Positions 62,049-64,000 of a DNA stretch of 64,000 nt are shown here, in pieces. How positions within the stretch are numbered: the stretch's first letter is position 1; each line of letters starts with the position of its first letter. The notes beneath the pieces were generated by a model, which worked only from the letters and a program-made list of their open reading frames with translations, made no database searches and had not been told where the DNA came from. This stretch comes from an uncultured Planctomycetia bacterium. Lineage in GTDB: Bacteria; Omnitrophota; Gorgyraeia; 2-02-FULL-51-18. Location of the stretch: assembly GCA_964642015.1 (NCBI GenBank), contig CAZXLF010000007.1, positions 75,964 to 139,963 on the forward strand, in the 5' to 3' direction. The position numbers and the translations under genes are program-made.

Positions 62049-62450
62049 ATGATGAGAAAAAAATCAGGATTCACACTAACAGAAGTTTTAATGGTAATTA
62101 CTATTTTGGCGATCCTCGCCGGCTTAGCAGCACCCAATTATTTTCTAACGGTCGAAAAATCCAGATCGAATGAAGCCATAGGGAATTTGAACATTATCCG
62201 GATGGGCGAGAGGATCTATAAGCTGAACAATAGCAGATATTGGCCAAATCCGGATGCGACTGATAACACTCTAAGTGATATTAATACGAATCTGAATGTC
62301 AGCCTTGATACGCCTAAGTACTATGCACTTTCAATCACTTCGACTGGCACAGGCACGGCCTTTACTGCGACGGCGTCGCGCGGGAACGCCGGAGCCAAAA
62401 CATTTACCATCGATCAAACAGGGACTATTACTGAATCAGGGACATATTGA
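62049..62450 (+). CDS. Type IV pilin, diverged paralog
   Basis: SG|FTLTEVLMV; VEKSR and FTATASR motifs shared with the major pilin. Confidence 0.9.
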   Translation: MMRKKSGFTLTEVLMVITILAILAGLAAPNYFLTVEKSRSNEAIGNLNIIRMGERIYKLNNSRYWPNPDATDNTLSDINTNLNVSLDTPKYYALSITSTGTGTAFTATASRGNAGAKTFTIDQTGTITESGTY

Positions 62451-62453
62451 GGA

Positions 62454-63515
62454 ATGAAATATTTTTATTCTCCCCCTCCTTTTTTTATATTACTATTTTC
62501 TATATTATTTACGGTCCCATGCTATTCTGAAACCCTAGAACGTTCAACCGAATATTCCTCTCCTTACGGTTCTTATAAAGAACTGACTGCTTTAAATTCG
62601 ATGACAGTAGGAATCGCTCCCACAGCTCCAGCTACACCTGCGAATGCCGCTACAGGCGTTGTGACCGTGAACGGTAGTCTTCAGATCAGTAATGGTCCGA
62701 CTATCATTGAAGAAAAATTAGGAGTGGATGGGGACACTTTGAAAGTACTTCCATACAATTATTGGGGTGGTTTACATTGGGTGAATATAGGGCAACCCAG
62801 TCCCGAAACGGCTACTATTGATAAATTGTCCGATTTGAATGTATACGGAGATATTTGGTCAAACCGTTATTTTCATGTAGCGACGCGTTTTACGGAAAAG
62901 AGATTTTTTTTGGGCACAACGGATCCTGCCACGACTCCGGTATTGGGTGAGATGGGCGCACAGGATGATTCCAATGTTTGGCAACCTGCCTTTTTTAAAG
63001 CAAATCATAAAATAGTTCTTAACAGTGGGGACACCGGGAGGTCTAGCGGAAAAGTTATTATCGGTGCTACTCAGGCTGAAGCGGTTACTGCAGTGGGAGG
63101 CGCCGCAAATTATGCTCTTTACAAGTTAATTGTGAACGGTTCCAGTGTAGCCCAAAACTTTATTTCAAGCAGTTCCCGCGAATATAAAACGGATATTCAG
63201 CCACTTACTGAAACTCAATACAGAGGGACCTTGGATGACTTATCCAAGACTGAAGTTTTTCGTTTCCGATATAAATCTGAAAGTCCGTCTGAGCGAAGAA
63301 TTCATACCGGCACCATAGCCGAGAATAGCCCTGAAGAAATACTTAGCTCAGGCAAAAAAGGGATTAACACGTCGAGCGCCATAGGTTTTTTGATAGCTAC
63401 TGTAAAGGAACTCGCGCTTCAAAATGAACAGCTTGAAAAAGAGGTGGTCAGGCTTGAGAAAGAATTAGGTAAGATAAAAAAAGATGAAAAAACCGATGAG
63501 CATCTGGCAAAATAA
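62454..63515 (+). CDS. Secreted tail-fibre-like protein with C-terminal peptidase S74 chaperone domain
   Basis: Signal peptide; SSREYKTDI, FRYK, GTIAE, AIGFLIATVKEL plus coiled coil. Confidence 0.85.
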   Translation: MKYFYSPPPFFILLFSILFTVPCYSETLERSTEYSSPYGSYKELTALNSMTVGIAPTAPATPANAATGVVTVNGSLQISNGPTIIEEKLGVDGDTLKVLPYNYWGGLHWVNIGQPSPETATIDKLSDLNVYGDIWSNRYFHVATRFTEKRFFLGTTDPATTPVLGEMGAQDDSNVWQPAFFKANHKIVLNSGDTGRSSGKVIIGATQAEAVTAVGGAANYALYKLIVNGSSVAQNFISSSSREYKTDIQPLTETQYRGTLDDLSKTEVFRFRYKSESPSERRIHTGTIAENSPEEILSSGKKGINTSSAIGFLIATVKELALQNEQLEKEVVRLEKELGKIKKDEKTDEHLAK

Positions 63516-64000
63516 AAAGAAGATCTTATACGCGGTATTTTTCTTATTATCCATCACTCCTCCTGTTTTTTCCGTGCAAACCGAGAAAGTTACTACTTAT
63601 TATTCACAACCTAATGGTGATTATAAGGATGTTACCGTTATCAATAGTTTGACCGTTGGTGGAAATATGCAAGCGTCTGTTGGTACGGGAAATTTTTCCA
63701 TTCTAAACAATGATATCGATGGATGGGTGACAAGTTTTCCGGCTCCCAGCGGTGGCGGTCTTACTGTCGTGAACTCTTTTAATATTCAAAATTCTGCCAA
63801 CACCAGTTTGTTCTATGTGGATAATGTCAATCATCGAGTTGGAATAGGGACTGCTACTCCACTTACGACGTTAGATGTTCGAGGAGAAGTGAATACCCAA
63901 ATTCTCCATGGCTACAGTACGATAACTGATCCATGGAGTGGCGCTTCAGTTGAAACGCTCGATCAAAATTTTGAGACCGGAGGCATTTCAGGCAATATTT
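63484..64000 (+). CDS. Secreted tail-fibre-like protein, truncated by the window edge
   Basis: Translated by hand: signal peptide, TTYYSQPNGDYKDVTVINSLTVG, RVGIGTATPLTTLDVRG. Confidence 0.75.
   Translation, partial: MKKPMSIWQNKKKILYAVFFLLSITPPVFSVQTEKVTTYYSQPNGDYKDVTVINSLTVGGNMQASVGTGNFSILNNDIDGWVTSFPAPSGGGLTVVNSFNIQNSANTSLFYVDNVNHRVGIGTATPLTTLDVRGEVNTQILHGYSTITDPWSGASVETLDQNFETGGISGNI

Overview
Origin-of-replication region of a diderm bacterial chromosome; the gene complement suggests Ca. Omnitrophota (inference only). Genes run on the minus strand left of dnaA and on the plus strand right of it. Core content: gyrA-gyrB-dciA-dnaN-dnaA / rpmH-rnpA-yidD-yidC-mnmG-parAB, ndk-yicC-gmk-coaC-coaB, four tRNAs (Glu, Cys, Leu, Val), thrS-infC-rpmI-rplT-pheST, a probable 6S RNA, rarA and a type IV pilus locus. 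Main unusual observations: (1) a ~14 kb tandem array of seven cargo units downstream of tRNA-Glu, each delimited by a CGACCC-like scar matching the tRNA 3' end and mostly followed by a short tail resembling a recombinase C-terminus, with no integrase in the window; (2) the tRNA-proximal unit is a MarR-headed operon pairing a Tes/GDGT-MAS-like radical SAM enzyme with an Lgt paralog and two small membrane proteins ending in a hydrophobic helix plus a G-L-(T)-C-G motif; (3) repeats tailored to tRNA-Leu and tRNA-Val; (4) a MITE-like insert that rebuilds the pheT start; (5) two pilin genes with identical mature regions, followed by tail-fibre-like proteins, one with an S74 domain. All family calls come from motif recognition by eye; no database searches were run.
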